DNA of 64,000 nt from an uncultured Actinomycetes bacterium (GTDB lineage: Bacteria > Actinomycetota > Thermoleophilia > Solirubrobacterales > 70-9): positions 80 to 64,079 of the forward strand of contig CALERC010000361.1 of the NCBI GenBank assembly GCA_937908015.1. Direction: 5' to 3'. The notes under the pieces were generated by a model. The model searched no databases. It was not told the DNA's origin and was given only the letters and a program-made list of their open reading frames with translations. The translations under genes were made by a program, and so were the position numbers. The stretch's first letter is position 1, and each line of letters starts with the position of its first letter. Shown in pieces: positions 8,121 to 15,673 of this stretch.

Positions 8121-9383
8121 TCAACCTTCGGTCTTCCAGAGCTTTTCGAATTCGGTCATGTAGTCGAACGGGGCCGAGAACGGGAATTCGCCCCCCGCTT
8201 CCGGCGCGTTTTCGGCGTCGATCAGCTGGAACGGCGTGTTCTCGCCCTCCGGCTCGAACGGTTTTTCGCCGGCCAGGACCCGCATCGCCTGGTCGAACGA
8301 AGCGACCCCGAAGTACCGCTGGTCATAGGCCGCGGTCGCAGCCTCGACTTCACCGTTGCGGATGTATTCGAGGTTCTGTTCGTTGCCGATCAGGCTGACG
8401 AGTTTCACCTGGTCCGCCAGCCCCGCCGTCTCCAGCGCAGTCACCATCGCCGGCGCCGCCGGGTCGTACGGGCACATGATGTATTCGACTTCCGGGTGCG
8501 TGCGCACGTAGCTGACCACTTCTTCGCCGAGGCTTTCGGCGATCGAGGCGACGGTGAAGTAGATCGGCCCGTCGGTGGTGCAGCCCGAGCATTCTTCGAG
8601 TGCTTTCAGTCGGCCGACCTCCTGCACGTTCGCCGCCGGGAACTCTTTGTCCCCGTAGATGACCGTGTTGGCGTGGCCTTCCGAGTCGGCGACGATCCAA
8701 TTGGCCTCGAATTCGCCAGCCTGTTCGTAATCGATGCCGACGTCGTAGGAGGGCCAGCCGTCACCGGCGGGCGGCTTCATCGTCGGGTTCGGGCTGGCGA
8801 TCCCGTTGGAGACCGAGCCGATCACGACGCCCGCCTTTTCCGCGGCCGCGAGGCCGGTCTGCACGGTCGACGGATCGACCGCGTCGAGGATGATCGCGTC
8901 GGCGCCCCAACTGATCGCGGCGAGGATCGCCTTGTTCTGGACGCTGACTTCGCCCTGGCCGTCGAAGGTCTTCGACTCGACCCCGGCGGCCTGTGCCGCT
9001 TCTTCGATCCCGTTGGCGATGTTGGCGCAACCTTCGAGCAGCTGCGCGCAGCTGATCGCGGCGACCTTGGTGCCCGATTTGATCGTCACCGGTTCGGTCG
9101 GGCCTTCGTATTTGGCCGGCGTCACCTGGGTGATTTCTTCGAGCAGCGCCGTGTAGTCGGTCGAGCCCGCGGTTTCGGTTTCGCCGCCTTCGGCTTCACC
9201 TTCCGCCCCTTCTTCTTCGCCGGCTTCTTCTTCGCCGCCGGTCGATTCTTCGGTCGGTTCCGCTTCGGTGCTCGCGCTGCTGGAGCTGTCACTCGACGAG
9301 CTCGAGCCGCAGGCGGACAAACCGATGGCCGCGATGAGCACCACCACCGCGATCAACAGTGGACTCCATCTACTGGACTTCAT
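8121..9383 (-). CDS. CUT2-type (periplasmic-binding-protein type I) solute-binding lipoprotein, paralog 1; no adjacent permease or ATPase
   Basis: 420 aa from ATG 9383, with RBS AACAGGAGA. Lipobox 'LSAC', an acidic Ser/Glu-rich linker, then the PBP fold. C-terminus '...FEKLWK'. Clearly paralogous to 20910-22151 and 28322-29551. Confidence 0.88.
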   Translation of the reverse strand: MKSSRWSPLLIAVVVLIAAIGLSACGSSSSSDSSSSASTEAEPTEESTGGEEEAGEEEGAEGEAEGGETETAGSTDYTALLEEITQVTPAKYEGPTEPVTIKSGTKVAAISCAQLLEGCANIANGIEEAAQAAGVESKTFDGQGEVSVQNKAILAAISWGADAIILDAVDPSTVQTGLAAAEKAGVVIGSVSNGIASPNPTMKPPAGDGWPSYDVGIDYEQAGEFEANWIVADSEGHANTVIYGDKEFPAANVQEVGRLKALEECSGCTTDGPIYFTVASIAESLGEEVVSYVRTHPEVEYIMCPYDPAAPAMVTALETAGLADQVKLVSLIGNEQNLEYIRNGEVEAATAAYDQRYFGVASFDQAMRVLAGEKPFEPEGENTPFQLIDAENAPEAGGEFPFSAPFDYMTEFEKLWKTEG

Positions 9384-9489
9384 GGTTCTCCTGTTCCTGT
9401 CGTGTAACCCGCTCTGTCCACTGCGCGTGACCGAGCCGGGCCTCCCCCCGCGGTCCCGCCTTTCCCGAGGCGATCGCGGAGCAGCTTGA

Positions 9490-9526
9490 CAGATCGTCAT
9501 ACAAGATGTCTGTCAGGCGGTAAGCT
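9490..9526 (+). promoter_or_regulatory. Promoter/operator cassette copy A with GntR-type box TCGTCATACAA (9494-9504)
   Basis: CAGATCGTCATACAAGATGTCTGTCAGGCGGTAAGCT. The box fits the palindromic pattern TnGTnnnACnA. TAAGCT (9521-9526) is a possible -10. It sits in the divergent region between the SBP (9383, -) and the SDR (9583, +). Confidence 0.55.
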
Positions 9527-9582
9527 AGCACAGGAAAGCCGCTCTGGGAAGCGGCCTGGAGCTATTCGAGGAGGAAGCAGCG

Positions 9583-10350
9583 ATGGGTTCTTTGCACGGC
9601 AAGGTCGCCCTGGTGACGGGCGGCGCGCAGGGTCTCGGCCAGGCGACGGCGACGAAGCTGGCGGCATCGGGGTGCAAGGTCGTGGTCGCCGATCTGCAGG
9701 AAGGGAGGGCCGAGGAGGCCTGTGCGGCGATCCGCGCCGAGGGCGGCGAGGCCTCGGCGACGGCAGTCGACGTCACCGACCCGGCCGCGGTGCGGGCGAT
9801 GGTGGCGACCGTGCTCGAGCGCCACGGCCGGCTCGACTGCGCGGTGAACAACGCCGGCTACGAGGGCGTGATCGCGACCACCGACGAGTACCCCGACGAG
9901 GTCTGGGCCCAGGTGATCGGGGTGAACCTGACCGGCGTCTTCCTCTGCATGAAGGAGGAGCTGAAGGCGATGCGCGCGCAGGGCTCCGGCGCGCTGGTGA
10001 ACATCGCCTCGATCTGCGGGGTCACCGGGATGGCGAACTTCTCCGCCTACAACGCCTCCAAGCACGGGGTCGTCGGGCTGACCCGGACGGCGGCGCTCGA
10101 GTTCGCCACCGAGGGCGTGCGCGTGAACGCGGTCGGCCCCGGCTTCGCCCGCACGGCGATGATCACCGACCGCGGCCTGGAAGCGAAACCGGGCAGCGAG
10201 GTCTACCGCGAAATCGAGGCGATGCACCCGATGAACCGGATGGCCGAGCCGAGCGAGATCGCCGAGGCGGTCGCCTTCCTCTGCTCTGACGCCTCCTCCT
10301 TCGTCACCGGCCAGGTGCTGCTGGCCGACGGCGGATTCATGGCTCAGTGA
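9583..10350 (+). CDS. SDR family oxidoreductase (FabG-like)
   Basis: 255 aa, with RBS GAGGAGGAAG. 'VALVTGGAQGLGQA', 'NNAG', 'YNASKHGVVGLT'. Confidence 0.92.
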   Translation: MGSLHGKVALVTGGAQGLGQATATKLAASGCKVVVADLQEGRAEEACAAIRAEGGEASATAVDVTDPAAVRAMVATVLERHGRLDCAVNNAGYEGVIATTDEYPDEVWAQVIGVNLTGVFLCMKEELKAMRAQGSGALVNIASICGVTGMANFSAYNASKHGVVGLTRTAALEFATEGVRVNAVGPGFARTAMITDRGLEAKPGSEVYREIEAMHPMNRMAEPSEIAEAVAFLCSDASSFVTGQVLLADGGFMAQ

Positions 10351-10351
10351 T

Positions 10352-10388
10352 CAGATTGTCCGATAATATGCTGGTCAGGCGGTAGCTC
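10352..10388 (+). promoter_or_regulatory. Promoter/operator cassette copy B (degenerate box TTGTCCGATAA, 10356-10366)
   Basis: CAGATTGTCCGATAATATGCTGGTCAGGCGGTAGCTC aligns without gaps to copy A (25 of the first 33 positions identical by my count). It ends 10 nt before ATG 10398. Confidence 0.45.
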
Positions 10389-10397
10389 AACCATGGG

Positions 10398-11231
10398 ATG
10401 GAGGGAACAGTGGATCGAGTAGCGGGCAAGGTCGCCCTGATCACCGGCGCCGCGCGGGGCCAAGGTCGAAGTCACGCCGTGCGCCTGGCCGAGGAGGGGG
10501 CCGACATCATCGCCCTCGACTTCGTCGGCGAGCTCGAGACCGTCAGCTACCCGCTGCCCACCGCCGAGGACCTGGCGGAGACGGCGCGCCAGGTCGAGGC
10601 GCTCGGCCGCAAGGTCGTCACCACCGAGGCCGACGTCCGCGACGGCGCCGCGATGCGCGCCGCGGTCGACGAGTGCGTGGCGAAGCTCGCCGCCCCCGAC
10701 ATCCTCGTCGCCAACGCCGGGATCTTCACCGTCGGCCTCTTCGCCGACCTCTCCGAGGAGGACTGGTCGGAGACCCTGGCGACCAACCTCACCGGCGTCT
10801 TCAACACCGTGAAGGCGGTCCTCCCCCACCTCCCCGACGGCGCCGCGATCGTCCTGATCAGCTCCCTGCTCGGCCTCGTCGGCGCCAACGAAACCGGCCA
10901 CTACTCGGCGACCAAGCACGGCGTGATGGGGCTGATGAAGACGCTGGCGATCGAGCTCGGCTCGCGCGGCATCCGCGTCAACACGATCAACCCCGGCACC
11001 GTGCCGACCCCGATGGTCGTCCGCGAGCGCGTCTTCAAGATGTACTGCCCCGACCTCGAGGCGCCCACCGAAGAGGACTTCAAGGTCTCCTCGGAACAGA
11101 ACAACCTGCTCCCGACCCCGTGGGTGGAGCCGCGCGACATCTCCAACGCGGTCCTCTTCCTGGTCTCCGACGAAGCCCGCTTCATCACCGGCGAGTCGCT
11201 GCTGGTCGACGCCGGCTTCTACACCAAATGA
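10398..11231 (+). CDS. Mycofactocin-coupled-type SDR oxidoreductase (carveol dehydrogenase-like subfamily)
   Basis: 277 aa. 'GKVALITGAARGQGRSHAVRLAEEGADIIALDF' followed by the subfamily-typical insertion '...VSYPLPTAEDLAETARQVEALGRKV'; 'YSATKHGVMGL'. An alternative GTG start at 10410 is possible. Confidence 0.8.
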   Translation: MEGTVDRVAGKVALITGAARGQGRSHAVRLAEEGADIIALDFVGELETVSYPLPTAEDLAETARQVEALGRKVVTTEADVRDGAAMRAAVDECVAKLAAPDILVANAGIFTVGLFADLSEEDWSETLATNLTGVFNTVKAVLPHLPDGAAIVLISSLLGLVGANETGHYSATKHGVMGLMKTLAIELGSRGIRVNTINPGTVPTPMVVRERVFKMYCPDLEAPTEEDFKVSSEQNNLLPTPWVEPRDISNAVLFLVSDEARFITGESLLVDAGFYTK

Positions 11232-11273
11232 TGCCGTCTGGTGCATGACGGTCATTCTGTACTATCGGCACAC

Positions 11274-11984
11274 ATGGCTAGCGACAACGGCTCCGATCCC
11301 GGTCTGCTCTCCCTCCGGGTCGGTCGGGTAGCCGCGCCCCTTCGCGGCCAGGTCCTCGACCTGGTCCGGCAGGGGATCCTCGACTTCCGCTACCAGCCCG
11401 GCCAGCGCCTGATCGAGCGCGAGCTGGTCGCCGAGATCGGCGTCTCCCGCACCACCGTGCGCGAGGTCCTGCGCGAGCTGGAGGCCGAGGGCCTGGTCAA
11501 ATCGATCCCCCAGAAAGGCGCGATCGTCGTCGTCCCGACCCCCGAGGAAGCCTCGGAACTGTACGAGGTGCGCTCGGCCCTGGAGCAGCTCGCGGTGCGC
11601 GCCTTCGTCGCCCACGCCACCGACGAGCAGGTGGCCGAACTGCGCGACACCTGCGAAGCCTTCGCCGCCGCCTCCGACGCCGGCGACACCACCCAGGCCC
11701 TCCTCCGCGCCAAGGACGCCTTCTACGAGGTCCTGCTCGAGGGCGCCGGCAACAGCGTCGTCCGCAGCATCCTCTCGAGCCTCCAGGCCCGGGTCCGCAT
11801 GCTCCGCGCCGCCTCGATGTCGAACCCCGACCGCGGCAAGAAGGTGCTCGCCGAGATCGGCGCCCTGGTCGGCGCGATCGAAGCCCGCGACGCCGACGCC
11901 GCCGCCGAGGCCTGCGCGCGGCACCTGGGCCAGGCCGAGCAGAGCGGGTTGGCGGGTATCTCGTCCTTCTCGGTCGACGCTTAG
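11274..11984 (+). CDS. GntR family transcriptional regulator (FadR-like, FCD C-terminal domain), paralog of 42923-43624
   Basis: 236 aa from ATG 11274. wHTH 'GQRLIERELVAEIGVSRTTVREVLRELEAEGLV'. TACTAT (11260-11265) lies 8 nt before the ATG and there is no RBS, so the transcript may be leaderless. The track ORF starts at 11241. Confidence 0.88.
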   Translation: MASDNGSDPGLLSLRVGRVAAPLRGQVLDLVRQGILDFRYQPGQRLIERELVAEIGVSRTTVREVLRELEAEGLVKSIPQKGAIVVVPTPEEASELYEVRSALEQLAVRAFVAHATDEQVAELRDTCEAFAAASDAGDTTQALLRAKDAFYEVLLEGAGNSVVRSILSSLQARVRMLRAASMSNPDRGKKVLAEIGALVGAIEARDADAAAEACARHLGQAEQSGLAGISSFSVDA

Positions 11985-12137
11985 GGCGTCGGAAGACGAG
12001 CAAGGGACGCGGCCATTTCGGACGCGGCCCGGGCAGGCTAAGACCGCCTCCGAAATGGCCGGGTGCCGGGGAGACGGCGAGGGTGCGTATCCCGCGCGGG
12101 CCCGTGTGTGGAGAGAGGAGTCGCGAGGGAGACGACG

Positions 12138-12158
12138 GGAACTCCACGTTCCCTAAGG
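12138..12158 (+). repeat. 21-nt motif GGAACTCCACGTTCCCTAAGG (copy 1 of 2)
   Basis: Identical 21-mer at 43653-43673. Both copies lie downstream of the two paralogous GntR genes. It contains the small inverted repeat GGAAC/GTTCC. Confidence 0.7.
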
Positions 12159-12194
12159 GAGACGCCACGAAGTGACCCTTCCGTGACGCCCGAA

Positions 12195-12247
12195 ACGTTG
12201 ATGGGCCGAAAAGCGCTCTATATCAGCGCTTTTCGGCCCATCAACGT
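12195..12247. terminator. Perfect 23-bp inverted repeat (7-nt loop) between convergent genes; likely bidirectional terminator
   Basis: ACGTTGATGGGCCGAAAAGCGCT-ctatatc-AGCGCTTTTCGGCCCATCAACGT. On the minus strand it is followed by TTTC. It has noticeably lower GC than its surroundings. Confidence 0.55.
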
Positions 12248-12260
12248 CTGGGAGCTGTGG

Positions 12261-12270
12261 AGGTGTGACG
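12261..12270 (+). repeat. Short motif AGGTGTGACG (copy in spacer A)
   Basis: The same 10-mer occurs at 30579-30588 and 30756-30765, all in long noncoding spacers between convergent genes. Confidence 0.5.
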
Positions 12271-12402
12271 TCTCCCCGGAGAAGCGCGCGGGACCTGCGC
12301 ACTTCCCCCGAAAGCCTCGCGTCCTGGGCGTCTCGGGGGGACCACAGCCTGCCCGGGTCCCCGCGAGACGCCCAGGACGCACGATCCCCCGCCGGCGGGG
12401 GC

Positions 12403-13122
12403 CTACTGCGCCATCAGGCCGCCGTCGATCACCAGCTCGGTGCCGGTCACGAAGCTGGACTCGTCGCTGGCCAGGTAGAGGCTGCCGTAGGCGACCTCGA
12501 TCGGCTCGCCGCCGCGGTGCATCGGGGTGGTGTCGACCATCGACTGGTTCACCTCGGGGGCCTGGACGTCGGTGAGCGGGGTCTTGATGTAGCCGGGCAG
12601 GATCGCGTTGCAGCGGACGCCGTCGCCGACGTGGGTGAGGGCGACGTTGCGGCTCATGTTCAGGACCGCGGCCTTGGCGGCGTGGTAGGCGTGCGCGCCG
12701 GGGACGGCGACGCCGCCCCAGATCGAGGAGACGTTCACGATCGAGCCCCCGCCCGAGTCGATCATCGCCGGCAGCGACTCGCGCATGCCGAGGAAGACGC
12801 CGGTCTGGTCGACCGCGATCAGACGGTGCCAGTTCTCCAGGTCGAGCTCGAGGATCGGCTCGTAGGCGATCACCCCGGCGTTGTTGACGAGCACGTCGAG
12901 GCGACCGTGCTTGGCGACGATCCCGGCGACGACCTCCTTCCAGGCGTCCTCGCTGGAGACGTCGAGGGAGACGGCTTCGACCTCGGCCTCGTGCGGCTCG
13001 GGGTCGCGGACGTCGGCGCCGATCACGGTCGCGCCCTCCTTGGCGAAGAGCTCCGCGGTCGTGTGGCCCATCCCGCGCGCCGCGCCGGTGATCAGGCAAA
13101 CCTTGTCGTCGAGTCGTCCCAT
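12403..13122 (-). CDS. SDR family oxidoreductase
   Basis: 239 aa. 'KVCLITGAARGMGH', 'NNAG', 'YHAAKAAVLNMS'. Confidence 0.92.
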   Translation of the reverse strand: MGRLDDKVCLITGAARGMGHTTAELFAKEGATVIGADVRDPEPHEAEVEAVSLDVSSEDAWKEVVAGIVAKHGRLDVLVNNAGVIAYEPILELDLENWHRLIAVDQTGVFLGMRESLPAMIDSGGGSIVNVSSIWGGVAVPGAHAYHAAKAAVLNMSRNVALTHVGDGVRCNAILPGYIKTPLTDVQAPEVNQSMVDTTPMHRGGEPIEVAYGSLYLASDESSFVTGTELVIDGGLMAQ

Positions 13123-13168
13123 GGCTCCTGTCTTTCGTCGATTGATCTCAGTCTTGAACTGCGAGCGC

Positions 13169-14164
13169 CTACGGCGACTGCACCCCGGTGACGTTGAGGT
13201 AGGTCGCGTAGAGCGAGGTGGTGGCGGTGATGTAGAGGCGGTTCCGCTTCGGCCCGCCGAAGGTAAGGTTCGCGGTCGCCTCGGGGATCAGGATCTTGCC
13301 CAGCAGCCGCCCGTCGGCGGCGAAGCACTGGACCCCATCGCCGGCGCCGACCCAGAGCCGGCCGTCGCAGTCGATGCGGAAGCCGTCCGGGATCCCCGGC
13401 GTCACCTCGGCGAAGACCTCGCCATCGCCGAGGGAGTCGTCGTCGCCGACCTCGAAGGCGCGGATCTCGTGCCCCAGCTTCGGGTCGATCAGCCAGCCCG
13501 ACTCGGCGACGTAGAGCAGGCGCTCGTCCGGCGAGAAGGCGAGCCCGTTCGGCATCGCGAAATCGTCGACCATCAGCCTGACGCTGCCGTCGCACGGATC
13601 GACCCGGTAGACGCCGCAGCTCTCCTGCTCCTGACGGGCCTTGTTGCCGACGTACTCGGAGATGATCCCGAAGTTCGGGTCGGTGAACCAGATGCTGCCG
13701 TCGGACTTCACCACCACGTCGTTGGGCGAGTTCAGCGCGCCCCCTTCATAAGAGTCGGCGATGATCGTCAGCCGCCCGTCGGGCTCGTAGCGGACCACCC
13801 GGTTGCGGCCCTGCTCGCAGCTGAGGAGCCGGCCCTCGCGGTCGCGGGTGTTGCCGTTGCCGTTGCCGGTCGGCGCGCGGAGGACGTCGACAGTCCCCGA
13901 CTGCTCGTCGAAGCGCAGCAGCCGCTGGGTCGGGATGTCGCTGAACAGCAGGCACCGCATCTCGGCGAAGTAGACCGGCCCCTCGGCCCAGCGGCAACCG
14001 GTGTGGAGCTTCTCCACCCAGCCGACCGGGTCGATGCACTCCAGGAACTCGGGGTCGAGCACCTCGTAGGGATCGCCCGCGAGCCGCTCGCCCTGCAGCG
14101 GCTGGGCGGCGATGATGCCCGTCGCCGGTTCGCTGCGGAAGGGCCCCGCCTCCATCGCCGGCAC
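13169..14164 (-). CDS. SMP-30/gluconolactonase/LRE family lactonase
   Basis: 331 aa with a GTG start. 'AEGPVYF', 'NSPNDVVVKSDGSIWFTDP', 'PNGLAFSPDERLLYVAES', 'FGGPKRNRLYITA' beta-propeller motifs. It abuts the ALDH stop (14165). Confidence 0.9.
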   Translation of the reverse strand: MPAMEAGPFRSEPATGIIAAQPLQGERLAGDPYEVLDPEFLECIDPVGWVEKLHTGCRWAEGPVYFAEMRCLLFSDIPTQRLLRFDEQSGTVDVLRAPTGNGNGNTRDREGRLLSCEQGRNRVVRYEPDGRLTIIADSYEGGALNSPNDVVVKSDGSIWFTDPNFGIISEYVGNKARQEQESCGVYRVDPCDGSVRLMVDDFAMPNGLAFSPDERLLYVAESGWLIDPKLGHEIRAFEVGDDDSLGDGEVFAEVTPGIPDGFRIDCDGRLWVGAGDGVQCFAADGRLLGKILIPEATANLTFGGPKRNRLYITATTSLYATYLNVTGVQSP

Positions 14165-15673
14165 CTAGAGGCCGATGCAGACCGACTTGGTCTGCAGGTA
14201 GGAAGACACGCCTTCCTCGCCGAGTTCCTTGCCCCAGCCCGACTGCTTGAAGCCGCCGAAGGGGAGCGCCGAGGCGTTCAGCGAGTAGGTGTTGACCCAG
14301 ACCGTGCCGACGTCGAGGCGGGGCGCCAACTTGTGGACGCGGGAGACGTCGCGGGTCCAGATCCCGGCGGCGAGGCCGAAGGCGGTGTCGTTGGCGCGGG
14401 CCACGAGGTCGTCGAGGTCGGTGAAGCGGGTGACGCCGACGACCGGGCCGAAGATCTCCTCGCGCATGAAGCGCATGTCGGGGGCGACGTCGGTGAGGAT
14501 CGTCGGCTCGACGAAGAAGCCGCGCTCCCCCAGCCGGCCGCCGCCGGCGACGAGCTTCGCCCCTTCCTCGGTGGCGGCGCCCATGTAACCGGTGACCCGC
14601 TCCAGCTGCTCGGCCGAGACCAGTGGGCCGACCTCGCTGTCGGGGGCGAGGCCGGGGCCGACGCGGAGCGCCGCGGCGCGCTCGGCCAGCCCGGCGACGA
14701 GCTCGTCGTAGGCGCCCTCCTGGACGAAGAGGCGCGCCCCGGCGACGCAGTTCTGCCCCGCGTTGAAGAAGACCGCGTCGGCGGAGCCGGCGATCGCCGC
14801 CGGGAGGTCGGCGTCGTCGAAGACGATGTTCGGCGACTTGCCGCCCAGCTCCAGCGCCACCTTCTTCAGGTTGCCCGCGCTGGCCCGGACGATCTGCCGG
14901 CCGACCTCGGTCGAGCCGGTGAAGGTGACCTTGTCGACGTCGGGGTGGTCGGCGAGCGCCGCGCCCGCCGTCTCGCCGAAGCCCGGAACCACGTTGATCA
15001 CCCCGTCGGGGAAGCCGACCTCGGTCATCAGCTCACCGAGGAAGAGCGCCGTCAGCGGCGTCTGCTCAGCCGGCTTCAAGACGATCGTGCAGCCGGTCGC
15101 CAGCGCCGGCGCGACCTTCCAGGAGGTCATGAAGAGGGGGAAGTTCCAGGGCACGATCTGGCCGACGACGCCGATCGGTTGGCGTAGCGTGTAGGCGAAG
15201 AACTCGGCGTCGGGCTGCGGCGGCACGTCGAGCGGGATCGTCCGCCCCTCGAGCTTCGTCGCCCAGCCGGCCATGTAGCGGAAGACGTCGGCGCTCAACG
15301 GCACGACGGCGCCGCGGGCGACGCCGATCGGCATCCCGTTGTCCAGCGTCTCCAGCTCGGCGATCTTCTCCGCCTCGGCTTCGAGCCGGTCGGCGAGCGC
15401 CCAGATCAACCGCGCCCGCTCCGCCCCTGGCATCCGCGCCCAGGCCGGAGACTCGAAGGCGCGCCGGGCCGCCTTCACCGCCAGGTCGACGTCGGCGGCG
15501 GCGCCCTCGGCGACGTTCGCGATCACGTCCTCGCTGGCCGGGTCGATCACCTCGAAGCGCCGCCCCGACTGCGCCGGCACCCACTCGCCGCCGATCAGCA
15601 GGTCGCGGGTGCCGCCGAGGTAACCGCGCGTCCACTCGGAGACCGACTCGAGCCCCGGCATCTCAGTTGGCAT
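14165..15673 (-). CDS. NAD(P)-dependent aldehyde dehydrogenase
   Basis: 502 aa. 'FTGSTEVGRQI', 'ELGGKSPNIV', catalytic Cys region 'FNAGQNCVAG', 'EEIFGPV'. The alternative ATG at 15661 would remove the 11-nt overlap with the GMC gene. Confidence 0.93.
   Translation of the reverse strand: MPTEMPGLESVSEWTRGYLGGTRDLLIGGEWVPAQSGRRFEVIDPASEDVIANVAEGAAADVDLAVKAARRAFESPAWARMPGAERARLIWALADRLEAEAEKIAELETLDNGMPIGVARGAVVPLSADVFRYMAGWATKLEGRTIPLDVPPQPDAEFFAYTLRQPIGVVGQIVPWNFPLFMTSWKVAPALATGCTIVLKPAEQTPLTALFLGELMTEVGFPDGVINVVPGFGETAGAALADHPDVDKVTFTGSTEVGRQIVRASAGNLKKVALELGGKSPNIVFDDADLPAAIAGSADAVFFNAGQNCVAGARLFVQEGAYDELVAGLAERAAALRVGPGLAPDSEVGPLVSAEQLERVTGYMGAATEEGAKLVAGGGRLGERGFFVEPTILTDVAPDMRFMREEIFGPVVGVTRFTDLDDLVARANDTAFGLAAGIWTRDVSRVHKLAPRLDVGTVWVNTYSLNASALPFGGFKQSGWGKELGEEGVSSYLQTKSVCIGL

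Noticed and set aside
9179-9310. Short nucleotide repeats (CTTCTTC/GCCGCC/GCTCGA-type) inside the 5' parts of the SBP genes (also at about 21930-22090 and 29330-29480).
   Set aside because: They encode the acidic or Ser-rich low-complexity linkers after the lipobox and remain in frame. They are not independent tandem-repeat or VNTR features.
12195-12247. Perfect 23-bp palindrome considered as an integron attC site, MITE terminal repeats or a recombination site.
   Set aside because: There are no GTTRRRY/RYYYAAC core sites, no integrase or transposase nearby, and no second copy seen in the window. Its position between convergent operons fits a terminator hairpin better.
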